Assembly: GCA_964016885.1 (NCBI GenBank)
Contig: OZ024750.1
Coordinates: forward strand, 31,062,001 to 31,126,000
Origin: Eledone cirrhosa
Taxonomy: Eukaryota
Direction: 5' to 3'
DNA: 64,000 nucleotides
The position numbers and the translations under genes are program-made. Below the pieces are notes generated by a model that was not told the DNA's origin, ran no database searches, and worked only from the letters and a program-made list of their open reading frames with translations. Shown in pieces: positions 1 through 13,849 of this stretch (position 1 is its first letter; every line of letters starts with the position of its first letter).

Positions 1-3000
1 GAAATCTCTCCCAGAATAGATAAACCTAGTGTACACTAACATAACATGTAGAAACCTCTCCCAGAAGAGATAAACCTAGTGTACACTAACATAACATGTA
101 CAGACCTCTCTCAGAAGAGATAAACCTAGTGTACACTAAAATAAGATGTAAAGACCTCTCTCAGAAGAGATAGACCTAGTGTACACTAACATAACATGGA
201 CAGACCTCTCTCAGAAGAGATAGACCTAGTGTACACTAACATAACATGTAGAAACCTCTCTCAGAAGGGATAGACCTAGTGTACACTAACATAACATGTA
301 GAAACCTCTCTCAGAAGGGATAGACTTAGTGTACACTAACATAACATGTAGAAACCTCTCCCAGAAGGGATAGACCTAGTGTACACTAACATAACATGTA
401 GAAACCTCTCTCAGAAGGGATAGACCTAGTGTACACTAACATAACATGTAGAAACCTCTCTCAGAAGGGATAGACCTAGTGTACACTAACATAACATGTA
501 GAAACCTCTCTCAGAAGGGATAGACTTAGTGTACACTAACATAACATGTAGAAACCTCTCTCAGAAGGGATAGACCTAGTGTACACTAACATAACATGTA
601 GAAACCTCTCCCAGAAGAGATAGACCTAGTGTACACTAACATAACATGTAGAAACCTCTCTCAGAAGGGATAGACCTAGGGTACACTAACATAACATGTA
701 GAAACCTCTCTCAGAAGGGATAGACCTAGTGTACACTAACATAACATGTAGAAACCTCTCCCAGAAGAGATAGACCTAGTGTACATTAACATAACATGTA
801 CAGACCTCTCTCAGAAGAGATAGACCTAGTGTACACTAACATAACATGTACAGACCTCTCCCAGAAGAGATAGACCTAGTGTACACTAACATAACATGTA
901 GAAACCTCTCCCAGAAGAGATAGACCTAGTGTACACTAACATAACATGTACAGACATCTCTCAGAAGAGATAGACTTAGTGTACACTAACATAACATGTA
1001 GAAACCTCTCTCAGAAGAGATAGACCTAGTGTACACTAACATAACATGTACAGACCTCTCTCAGAAGAGATAGACCTAGTGTACACTATCATAACATGTA
1101 GAAACCTCTCTCAGAAGAGATAAACCTAGTGTACACTAACATAACATGTAGAAACCTCTCTCAGAAGAGATAGACCGAGTGTACACTAACATAACATGTA
1201 GAAACCTCTCCCAGAAGAGATATACCTAGTGTACACTAACATAACATGTAGAAACCTCTCTCAGAAGAGATAGACCTAGTGTACACTAACATAACATGTA
1301 GAAACCTCTCTCAGAAGAGAAAGACCTAGTGTACACTAACATAACATGTAGAAACCCCTCTCAGAAGAGATAAACCTAGTGTACACTAACATAACATGTA
1401 GAAACCTCTCCCAGAAGAGAAAGACCTAGTTTACACTAACATAACATGTAGAAACCTCTCTCAGAAGAGATAGACCTAGTGTACACTAACATAACATGTA
1501 GAAACCTCTCTCAGAAGAGATAAACCTAGTGTACACTAACATAACATGTACAGACCTCTCCCAGAAGAGATAGACCTAGTGTACACTAACATAACATGTA
1601 GAAACCTCTCTCAGAAGAGATAGACCTAGTGTACACTAACATAACATGTAGAAACCTCTCCCAGAAGAGATAGACCTAGTGTACACTAACATAACATGTA
1701 GAAACCTCTCCCAGAAGAGATAGACCTAGTGTACACTAACATAACATGTACAGACCTCTCCCAGAAGAGATAGACCTAGTGTACACTAACATAACATGTA
1801 CAGACGTCTCCCAGAAGAGATAGACCTAGTGTACACTAACATAACATGTAGAAACCTCTCTCAGAAGAGATAGACCTAGTGTACACTAACATAACATGTA
1901 CAGACCTCTCCCAGAAGAGATAGACCTAGTGTACACTAACATAACATGTACAGACCTCTCTCAGAAGGGATAGACCTAGTGTACACTAACATAACATGTA
2001 GAAACCTCTCCCAGAAGAGATAAACCTAGTGTACACTAACATAACATGTACAGACCTCTCTCAGAAGAGATAGACCTAGTGTACACTAACATAACATGTA
2101 GAAACCTCTCCCAGAAGAGATAGACCTAGTGTACACTAACATAACATGTAGAAACCTCTCTCAGAAGAGATAGACCTAGTGTACACTAACATAACATGTA
2201 CAGACCTCTCCCAGAAGAGATAGACCTAGTGTACACTAAAATAAGATGTACAGACCTCTCTCAGAAGAGATAGACCTAGTGTACACTAACATAACATGTA
2301 GAAACCTCTCCCAGAAGAGATAGACCTAGTGTACACTAACATAAGATGTACAGACCTCTCCCAGAAGAGATAGACCTAGTGTACACTAACATAACATGTA
2401 GAAACCTCTCCCAGAAGAGATAGACCTAGTGTACAATAACATAAGATGTACAGACCTCTCTCAGAAGAGATAGACCTCGTGTACACTAACATAACATGTA
2501 GAAACCTCTCCCAGAAGAGATAGACCTAGTGTACACTAACATAACATGTACAGACCTCTCCCAGAAGAGATAGACCTAGTGTACACTAAAATAAGATGTA
2601 CAGACCTCTCTCAGAAGAGATAGACCTAGTGTACACTAACATAACATGTACAGACCTCTCTCAGAAGAGATAGACCTAGTGTACACTAACATAACATGTA
2701 CAGACCTCTCTCAGAAGAGATAGACCTAGTGTACACTAACATAACATGTACAGACCTCTCTCAGAAGAGATAGACCTAGTGTACACTAACATAACATGTA
2801 CAGACCTCTCTCAGAAGAGATAGACCTAGTCTACACTAACATAAGATGTACAGACCTCTCTCAGAAGAGATAAACCTAGTGTACACTAACATAACATGTA
2901 CAAACCTCTCTCAGAAGAGATAGACCTAGTGTACACTAACATAACATGTAGAAACCTCTCCCAGAAGAGATAAACCTAGTGTACACTAACATAACATGTA

Positions 3001-6000
3001 CAGACCTCTCTCAGAAGAGATAAACCTAGTGTACACTAACATAACATGTAGAAACCTCTCCCAGAATAGATAAACCTAGTGTACACTAACATAACATGTA
3101 CAGACCTCTCTCAGAAGAGATAAACCTAGTGTACACTAAAATAAGATGTACAGACCTCTCTCAGAAGAGATAGACCTAGTGTACACTAACATAACATGTA
3201 CAGACCTCTCTCAGAAGAGATAGATCTAGTGTACACTAACATAACATGTACAGACCTCTCTCAGAAGAGATAGACCTAGTGTACACTAACATAACATGTA
3301 CAGACCTCTCTCAGAAGAGATAGACCTAGTGTACACTAACATAACATGTACAGACCTCTCTCAGAAGAGACAGACCTAGTCTACACTAACATAAGATGTA
3401 CAGACCTCTCTCAGAAGAGATAAACCTAGTGTACACTAACATAACATGTACAGACCTCTCTCAGAAGAGATAAACCTAGTGTACACTAAAATAAGATGTA
3501 CAGACCTCTCTCAGAAGAGATAGACCTAGTGTACACTAACATAACATGTAGAAACCTCTCCCAGAAGAGATAAACCTAGTGTACACTAACATAACATGTA
3601 CAGACCTCTCTCAGAAGAGATAAACCTAGTGTACACTAACATAACATGTAGAAACCTCTCCCAGAATAGATAAACCTAGTGTACACTAACATAACATGTA
3701 GAAACCTCTCCCAGAAGAGATAAACCTAGTGTACACTAACATAACATGTACAGACCTCTCTCAGAAGAGATAAACCTAGTGTACACTAAAATAAGAATGT
3801 AAAGACCTCTCTCAGAAGAGATAGACCTAGTGTACACTAACATAACATGGACAGACCTCTCTCAGAAGAGATAGACCTAGTGTACACTAACATAACATGT
3901 AGAAACCTCTCTCAGAAGGGATAGACCTAGTGTACACTAACATAACATGTAGAAACCTCTCTCAGAAGGGATAGACTTAGTGTACACTAACATAACATGT
4001 AGAAACCTCTCCCAGAAGGGATAGACCTAGTGTACACTAACATAACATGTAGAAACCTCTCTCAGAAGGGATAGACCTAGTGTACACTAACATAACATGT
4101 AGAAACCTCTCTCAGAAGGGATAGACCTAGTGTACACTAACATAACATGTAGAAACCTCTCTCAGAAGGGATAGACCTAGTGTACACTAACATAACATGT
4201 AGAAACCTCTCTCAGAAGGGATAGACCTAGGGTACACTAACATAACATGTAGAAACCTCTCCCAGAAGAGATAGACCTAGTGTACACTAACATAACATGT
4301 AGAAACCTCTCTCAGAAGGGATAGACCTAGGGTACACTAACATAACATGTAGAAACCTCTCTCAGAAGGGATAGACCTAGTGTACACTAACATAACATGT
4401 AGAAACCTCTCCCAGAAGAGATAGACCTAGTGTACATTAACATAACATGTACAGACCTCTCTCAGAAGAGATAGACCTAGTGTACACTAACATAACATGT
4501 ACAGACCTCTCCCAGAAGAGATAGACCTAGTGTACACTAACATAACATGTAGAAACCTCTCCCAGAAGAGATAGACCTAGTGTACACTAACATAACATGT
4601 ACAGACATCTCTCAGAAGAGATAGACTTAGTGTACACTAACATAACATGTAGAAACCTCTCTCAGAAGAGATAGACCTAGTGTACACTAACATAACATGT
4701 ACAGACCTCTCTCAGAAGAGATAGACCTAGTGTACACTATCATAACATGTAGAAACCTCTCTCAGAAGAGATAAACCGAGTGTACACTAACATAACATGT
4801 AGAAACCTCTCCCAGAAGAGATATACCTAGTGTACACTAACATAACATGTAGAAACCTCTCTCAGAAGAGATAGACCTAGTGTACACTAACATAACATGT
4901 AGAAACCTCTCTCAGAAGAGAAAGACCTAGTGTACACTAACATAACATGTAGAAACCTCTCTCAGAAGAGATAAACCTAGTGTACACTAACATAACATGT
5001 AGAAACCTCTCCCAGAAGAGAAAGACCTAGTGTACACTAACATAACATGTAGAAACCTCTCTCAGAAGAGATAGACCTAGTGTACACTAACATAACATGT
5101 AGAAACCTCTCTCAGAAGAGATAAACCTAGTGTACACTAACATAACATGTACAGACCTCTCCTAGAAGAGATAGACCTAGTGTACACTAACATAACATGT
5201 AGAAACCTCTCTCAGAAGAGATAGACCTAGTGTACACTAACATAACATGTAGAAACCTCTCCCAGAAGAGATAGACCTAGTGTACACTAACATAACATGT
5301 ACAGACCTCTCCCAGAAGAGATAGACCTAGTGTACACTAACATAACATGTACAGACGTCTCCCAGAAGAGATAGACCTAGTGTACACTAACATAACATGT
5401 AGAAACCTCTCTCAGAAGAGATAGACCTAGTGTACACTAACATAACATGTACAGACCTCTCCCAGAAGAGATAGACCTAGTGTACACTAACATAACATGT
5501 ACAGACCTCTCTCAGAAGGGATAGACCTAGTGTACACTAACATAACATGTAGAAACCTCTCCCAGAAGAGGTAAACCTAGTGTACACTAACATAACATGT
5601 ACAGACCTCTCTCAGAAGAGATAGACCTAGTGTACACTAACATAACATGTAGAAACCTCTCCCAGAAGAGATAGACCTAGTGTACACTAACATAACATGT
5701 AGAAACCTCTCTCAGAAGAGATAGACCTAGTGTACACTAACATAACATGTACAGACCTCTCCCAGAAGAGATAGACCTAGTGTACACTAAAATAAGATGT
5801 ACAGACCTCTCTCAGAAGAGATAGACCTAGTGTACACTAACATAACATGTAGAAACCTCTCCCAGAAGAGATAGACCTAGTGTACACTAACATAAGATGT
5901 ACAGACCTCTCCCAGAAGAGATAGACCTAGTGTACACTAACATAACATGTAGAAACCTCTCCCAGAAGAGATAGACCTAGTGTACAATAACATAAGATGT

Positions 6001-6450
6001 ACAGACCTCTCTCAGAAGAGATAGACCTCGTGTACACTAACATAACATGTAGAAACCTCTCCCAGAAGAGATAGACCTAGTGTACACTAACATAACATGT
6101 ACAGACCTCTCCCAGAAGAGATAGACCTAGTGTACACTAAAATAAGATGTACAGACCTCTCTCAGAAGAGATAGACCTAGTGTACACTAACATAACATGT
6201 ACAGACCTCTCTCAGAAGAGATAGACCTAGTGTACACTAACATAACATGTACAGACCTCTCTCAGAAGAGATAGACCTAGTGTACACTAACATTACATGT
6301 ACAGACCTCTCTCAGAAGAGATAGACCTAGTGTACACTAACATAACATGTACAGACCTCTCTCAGAAGAGAAAGACCTAGTCTACACTAACATAAGATGT
6401 ACAGACCTCTCTCAGAAGAGATAAACCTAGTGTACACTAACATAACATGT
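1..6450. repeat. Duplicated monomer block, ~1-2900 versus ~3651-6450 (offset 3651 shrinking to 3551)
   Basis: Rare variants are shared in the same order: AAGACC 151/3802, CATGGA ~195/~3846, GTACATTAA 781/4432, CAGACATC 951/4602, CACTATC ~1084/~4735, TATACC 1221/4822, GACGTC ~1803/~5354, TACAATAA ~2432/~5983. The offset drops twice by one whole monomer. Confidence 0.85.
27..38. repeat. 12-bp perfect palindrome TAGTGTACACTA (monomer positions 27-38; first copy given, present in most monomers)
   Basis: TAGTGTACACTA equals its own reverse complement. The C26T variant (GACTTAG, e.g. 321-330) extends it to the 14-bp TTAGTGTACACTAA. A second short palindrome, ACATGT, lies at monomer positions 44-49. 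Confidence 0.97.
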
Positions 6451-8249
6451 AGAAACCTCTCCCAGAATAGATAAACCTAGTGTACACTAACATAACATGT
6501 AGAAACCTCTCCCAGAAGAGATAAACCTAGTGTACACTAACATAACATGTACAGACCTCTCTCAGAAGAGATAAACCTAGTGTACACTAAAATAAGATGT
6601 TCAGACCTCTCTCAGAAGAGATAGACCTACTGTACACTAACATAACATGTACAGACCTCTCTCAGAAGAGATAGACCTAGTGTACACTAACATAACATGT
6701 AGAAACCTCTCTCAGAAGGGATAGACCTAGTGTACACTAACATAACATGTAGAAACCTCTCTCAGAAGGGATAGACCTAGTGTACACTAACATAACATGT
6801 AGAAACCTCTCCCAGAAGGGATAGACCTAGTGTACACTAACATAACATGTAGAAACCTCTCTCAGAAGGGATAGACCTAGTGTACACTAACATAACATGT
6901 AAAAACCTCTCTCAGAAGGGATAGACATAGTGTACACTAACATAACATGTAGAAACCTCTCCCAGAAGGGATAGACCTAGTGTACACTAACATAACATGT
7001 AGAAACCTCTCTCAGAAGGGATAGACCTAGTGTACACTAACATAACATGTAGAAACCTCTCCCAGAAGGGATAGACCTAGTGTACACTAACATAACATGT
7101 AGAAACCTCTCTCAGAAGGGATAGACCTAGTGTACACTAACATAACATGTAGAAACCTCTCTCAGAAGGGATAGACCTAGTGTACACTAACATAACATGT
7201 AGAAATCTCTCCCAGAAGAGATAGACCTAGTGTACACTAACATAACATGTACAGACCTCTCTCAGAAGAGATAGACCTAGTGTACACTAACATAACATGT
7301 ACAGACCTCTCCCAGAAGAGATAGACCTAGTGTACACTAACATAACATGTAGAAACCTCTCCCAGAAGAGATAGACCTAGTGTACACTAACATAACATGT
7401 ACAGACCTCTCTCAGAAGAGATAGACCTAGTGTACACTAACATAACATGTAGAAACCTCTCTCATAAGAGATAGACCTAGTGTACACTAACATAACATGT
7501 ACAGACCTCTCTCAGAAGAGATAGACCTAGTGTACACTAACATAACATGTAGAAACCTCTCCCAGAAGAGATAGACCTAGTGTACACTAACATAACATGT
7601 ACAGACCTCTCCCAGAAGAGATAGACCTAGTGTACACTAACATAACATGTAGAAACCTCTCTCAGAAGAGATAGACCGAGTGTACACTAACATAACATGT
7701 AGAAACCTCTCCCAGAAGAGATAGACCTAGTGTACACTAACATAACATGTACAGACCTCTCCCAGAAGAGATAGACCTAGTGTACACTAACATAACATGT
7801 AGAAACCTCTCTCAGAAGAGAAAGACCTAGTGTACACTAACATAACATGTAGAAACCTCTCTCAGAAGAGATAGACCTAGTGTACACTAACATAACATGT
7901 AGAAACCTCTCTCAGAAGAGATAAACTTAGTGTACACTAACATAACATGTACAGACCTCTCCCAGAAGAGATAGACCTAGTGTACACTGACATAACATGT
8001 AGAAACCTCTCTCAGAAGAGATAGACCTAGTGTACACTAACATAACATGTAGAAACCTCTCCCAGAAGAGATAGACCTAGTGTACACTAACATAACATGT
8101 AGAAACCTCTCCCAGAAGAGATAGACCTAGTGTACACTAACATAACATGTAGAAACCTCTCTCAGAAGAGATAGACCTAGTGTACACTAACATAACATGT
8201 ACAGACCTCTCTCAGAAGAGATAGACCTAGTGTACACTAACATAACATG

Positions 8250-11200
8250 TAGAAACCTCTCTCAGAAGAGATAAACCTAGTGTACACTAACATAACATGT
8301 AGAAACCTCTCTCAGAAGAGATAGACCGAGTGTACACTAACATAACATGTAGAAACCTCTCCCAGAAGAGATATACCTAGTGTACACTAACATAACATGT
8401 AGAAACCTCTCTCAGAAGAGATAGACCTAGTGTACACTAACATAACATGTAGAAACCTCTCTCAGAAGAGATAGACCTAGTGTACACTAACATAACATGT
8501 AGAAACCTCTCTCAGAAGAGATAGACCTAGTGTACACTAACATAACATGTACAGACCTCTCTCAGAAGAGATAGACCTAGTGTACACTAACATAACATGT
8601 AGAAACCTCTCTCAGAAGAGATAAACCTAGTGTACACTAACATAACATGTAGAAACCTCTCTCAGAAGAGATAAACCTAGTGTACACTAACATAACATGT
8701 AGAAACCTCTCCCAGAAGAGAAAGACCTAGTGTACACTAACATAACATGTAGAAACCTCTCTCAGAAGAGATAGACCTAGTGTACACTAACATAACATGT
8801 AGAAACCTCTCTCAGAAGAGATAAACCTAGTGTACACTAACATAACATGTACAGACCTCTCCCAGAAGAGATAGACCTAGTGTACACTAACATAACATGT
8901 AGAAACCTCTCTCAGAAGAGATAGACCTAGTGTACACTAACATAACATGTAGAAACCTCTCCCAGAAGAGATGGACCTAGTGTACACTAACATAACATGT
9001 AGAAACCTCTCTCAGAAGAGATAGACCTAGTGTACACTAACATAACATGTAGAAACCTCTCCCAGAAGAGATAGACCTAGTGTACACTAACATAACATGT
9101 ACAGACCTCTCCCAGAAGAGATAGACCTAGTGTACACTAACATAACATGTACAGACGTCTCCCAGAAGAGATAGACCTAGTGTACACTAACATAACATGT
9201 AGAAACCTCTCTCAGAAGAGATAAACCTAGTATACACTAACATAACATGTACAGACCTCTCTCAGAAGAGATAGACCTAGTGTACACTAACATAACATGT
9301 AGAAACCTCTCTCAGAAGAGATAGACCTAGTGTACACTAACATAAGATGTACAGACCTCTCCCAGAAGAGATAGACCTAGTGTACACTAACATAACATGT
9401 AGAAACCTCTCCCAGAAGAGATAGACCTAGTGTACACTAACATAACATGTACAGACCTCTCTCAGAAGAGATAGACCTAGTGTACACTAACATAACACGT
9501 AGAAACCTCTCCCAGAAGAGATAGACCTAGTGTACACTAACATAACATGTAGAAACCTCTCTCAGAAGAGATAGACCTAGTGTACACTAACATAACATGT
9601 ACAGACCTCTCCCAGAAGAGATAGACCTAGTGTACACTAAAATAAGATGTACAGACCTCTCTCAGAAGAGATAGACCTAGTGTACACTAACATAACATGT
9701 AGAAACCTCTCCCAGAAGAGATAGACCTAGTGTACACTAACATAAGATGTACAGACCTCTCCCAGAAGAGATAGACCTAGTGTACACTAACATAACATGT
9801 AGAAACCTCTCCCAGAAGAGATAGACCTAGTGTACAATAACATAAGATGTACAGACCTCTCTCAGAAGAGATAGACCTCGTGTACACTAACATAACATGT
9901 AGAAACCTCTCCCAGAAGAGATAGACCTAGTGTACACTAACATAACATGTACAGACCTCTCCCAGAAGAGATAGACCTAGTGTACACTAAAATAAGATGT
10001 ACAGACTTCTCTCAGAAGAGATAGACCTAGTGTACACTAACATAACATGTACAGACCTCTCTCAGAAGAGATAGACCTAGTGTACACTAACATAACATGT
10101 ACAGACCTCTCTCAGAAGAGATAGACCTAGTGTACACTAACATAACATGTACAGACCTCTCTCAGAAGAGATAGACCTAGTGTACACTAACATAACATGT
10201 ACAGACCTCTCTCAGAAGAGATAGACCTAGTCTACACTAACATAAGATGTACAGACCTCTCTCAGAAGAGATAAACCTAGTGTACACTAACATAACATGT
10301 ACAGACCTCTCTCAGAAGAGATAGACCTAGTGTACACTAACATAACATGTAGAAACCTCTCCCAGAAGAGATAAACCTAGTGTACACTAACATAACATGT
10401 ACAGACCTCTCTCAGAAGAGATAAACCTAGTGTACACTAACATAACATGTAGAAACCTCTCCCAGAATAGATAAACCTAGTGTACACTAACATAACATGT
10501 ACAGACCTCTCCCAGAAGAGATAAACCTAGTATACACTAACATAACATGTACAGACCTCTCTCAGAAGAGATAGACCTAGTGTACACTAACATAACATGT
10601 AGAAACCTCTCTCAGAAGAGATAGACCTAGTGTACACTAACATAAGATGTACAGACCTCTCCCAGAAGAGATAGACCTAGTGTACACTAACATAACATGT
10701 AGAAACCTCTCCCAGAAGAGATAAACCTAGTGTACACTAACATAACATGTAGAAACCTCTCTCAGAAGAGATAGACCGAGTGTACACTAACATAACATGT
10801 AGAAACCTCTCCCAGAAGAGATATACCTAGTGTACACTAACATAACATGTAGAAACCTCTCTCAGAAGAGATAGACCTAGTGTACACTAACATAACATGT
10901 AGAAACCTCTCTCAGAAGAGATAGACCTAGTGTACACTAACATAACATGTAGAAACCTCTCTCAGAAGAGATAGACCTAGTGTACACTAACATAACATGT
11001 ACAGACCTCTCTCAGAAGAGATAGACCTAGTGTACACTAACATAACATGTAGAAACCTCTCTCAGAAGAGATAAACCTAGTGTACACTAACATAACATGT
11101 AGAAACCTCTCTCAGAAGAGATAAACCTAGTGTACACTAACATAACATGTAGAAACCTCTCCCAGAAGAGAAAGACCTAGTGTACACTAACATAACATGT

Positions 11201-12950
11201 AGAAACCTCTCTCAGAAGAGATAGACCTAGTGTACACTAACATAACATGTAGAAACCTCTCTCAGAAGAGATAAACCTAGTGTACACTAACATAACATGT
11301 ACAGACCTCTCCCAGAAGAGATAGACCTAGTGTACACTAACATAACATGTAGAAACCTCTCTCAGAAGAGATAGACCTAGTGTACACTAACATAACATGT
11401 AGAAACCTCTCCCAGAAGAGATAGACCTAGTGTACACTAACATAACATGTAGAAACCTCTCTCAGAAGAGATAGACCTAGTGTACACTAACATAACATGT
11501 AGAAACCTCTCCCAGAAGAGATAGACCTAGTGTACACTAACATAACATGTACAGACCTCTCCCAGAAGAGATAGACCTAGTGTACACTAACATAACATGT
11601 ACAGACGTCTCCCAGAAGAGATAGACCTAGTGTACACTAACATAACATGTAGAAACCTCTCTCAGAAGAGATAAACCTAGTATACACTAACATAACATGT
11701 ACAGACCTCTCTCAGAAGAGATAGACCTAGTGTACACTAACATAACATGTAGAAACCTCTCTCAGAAGAGATAGACCTAGTGTACACTAACATAAGATGT
11801 ACAGACCTCTCCCAGAAGAGATAGACCTAGTGTACACTAACATAACATGTAGAAACCTCTCCCAGAAGAGATAGACCTAGTGTACACTAACATAACATGT
11901 ACAGACCTCTCTCAGAAGAGATAGACCTAGTGTACACTAACATAACACGTAGAAACCTCTCCCAGAAGAGATAGACCTAGTGTACACTAACATAACATGT
12001 AGAAACCTCTCTCAGAAGAGATAGACCTAGTGTACACTAACATAACATGTACAGACCTCTCCCAGAAGAGATAGACCTAGTGTACACTAAAATAAGATGT
12101 ACAGACCTCTCTCAGAAGAGATAGACCTAGTGTACACTAACATAACATGTAGAAACCTCTCCCAGAAGAGATAGACCTAGTGTACACTAACATAAGATGT
12201 ACAGACCTCTCCCAGAAGAGATAGACCTAGTGTACACTAACATAACATGTAGAAACCTCTCCCAGAAGAGATAGACCTAGTGTACAATAACATAAGATGT
12301 ACAGACCTCTCTCAGAAGAGATAGACCTCGTGTACACTAACATAACATGTAGAAACCTCTCCCAGAAGAGATAGACCTAGTGTACACTAACATAACATGT
12401 ACAGACCTCTCCCAGAAGAGATAGACCTAGTGTACACTAAAATAAGATGTACAGACTTCTCTCAGAAGAGATAGACCTAGTGTACACTAACATAACATGT
12501 ACAGACCTCTCTCAGAAGAGATAGACCTAGTGTACACTAACATAACATGTACAGACCTCTCTCAGAAGAGATAGACCTAGTGTACACTAACATAACATGT
12601 ACAGACCTCTCTCAGAAGAGATAGACCTAGTGTACACTAACATAACATGTACAGACCTCTCTCAGAAGAGATAGACCTAGTCTACACTAACATAAGATGT
12701 ACAGACCTCTCTCAGAAGAGATAAACCTAGTGTACACTAACATAACATGTACAGACCTCTCTCAGAAGAGATAGACCTAGTGTACACTAACATAACATGT
12801 AGAAACCTCTCCCAGAAGAGATAAACCTAGTGTACACTAACATAACATGTACAGACCTCTCTCAGAAGAGATAAACCTAGTGTACACTAACATAACATGT
12901 AGAAACCTCTCCCAGAATAGATAAACCTAGTGTACACTAACATAACATGT
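8250..12950. repeat. Near-tandem duplication with period 2450 bp (49 monomers)
   Basis: Markers at constant offset 2450: ATATACC 8371/10821, TATACAC 9231/11681, CATAACACGT 9491/11941, ACAGACTTCT 10001/12451, CCCAGAATAG 10461/12911. Confidence 0.88.
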
Positions 12951-13849
12951 AGAAACCTCTCCCAGAAGAGATAAACCTAGTGTACACTAACATAACATGT
13001 ACAGACCTCTCTCAGAAGAGATAAACCTAGTGTACACTAAAATAAGATGTACAGACCTCTCTCAGAAGAGATAGACCTAGTGTACACTAACATAACATGT
13101 ACAGACCTCTCTCAGAAGAGATAGACCTAGTGTACACTAACATAACATGTAGAAACCTCTCTCAGAAGGGATAGACCTAGTGTACACTAACATAACATGT
13201 AGAAACCTCTCTCAGAAGGGATAGACCTAGTGTACACTAACATAACATGTAGAAACCTCTCCCAAAAGGGATAGACCTAGTGTACACTAACATAACATGT
13301 AGAAGCCTCTCTCAGAAGGGATAGACCTAGTGTACACTAACATAACATGTAGAAACCTCTCTCAGAAGGGATAGACCTAGTGTACACTAACATAACATGT
13401 AGAAACCTCTCTCAGAAGGGATAGACCTAGTGTACACTAACATAACATGTAGAAACCTCTCTCAGAAGGGATAGACCTAGTGTACACTAACATAACATGT
13501 AGAAACCTCTCCCAGAAGAGATAGACCTAGTGTACACTAACATAACATGTACAGACCTCTCTCGGAAGAGATAGACCTAGTGTACACTAACATAACATGT
13601 ACAGACCTCTCTCAGAAGAGATAGACTTAGTGTACACTAACATAACATGTAGAAACCTCTCTCAGAAGAGATAGACCTAGTGTACACTAACATAACATGT
13701 ACAGACCTCTCCCAGAAGAGATAGACCTAGTGTACACTAAAATAAGATGTACAGACCTCTCTCAGAAGAGATAGACCTAGTGTACACTAACATAACATGT
13801 ACAGACCTCTCTCAGAAGAGATAGACCTAGTGTACACTAACATAACATG

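Noticed and set aside
27-38. Intrinsic terminator or transposon terminal inverted repeat
   Set aside because: The dyad has no loop or GC-rich stem and no U-tract. No target-site duplication, element body or transposase is present.
21-56. Transcription-factor sites (p53-like CWWG cores CTAG/CATG, Smad-like CAGAC, GATA-like AGATAG/AGATAA)
   Set aside because: These are short motifs expected by chance. The p53-like half-sites mismatch RRRCWWGYYY flanks and are not adjacent, and there is no gene context.
1-7985. Long + strand ORF if TAA/TAG are read as sense (ciliate-type code), because the consensus lacks TGA
   Set aside because: Absence of one triplet in a 50-mer is unremarkable. There is no triplet periodicity, whole-monomer indels shift frame, TGA-creating variants (CACTGAC ~7988 onward) are propagated, and nothing indicates an alternative code.
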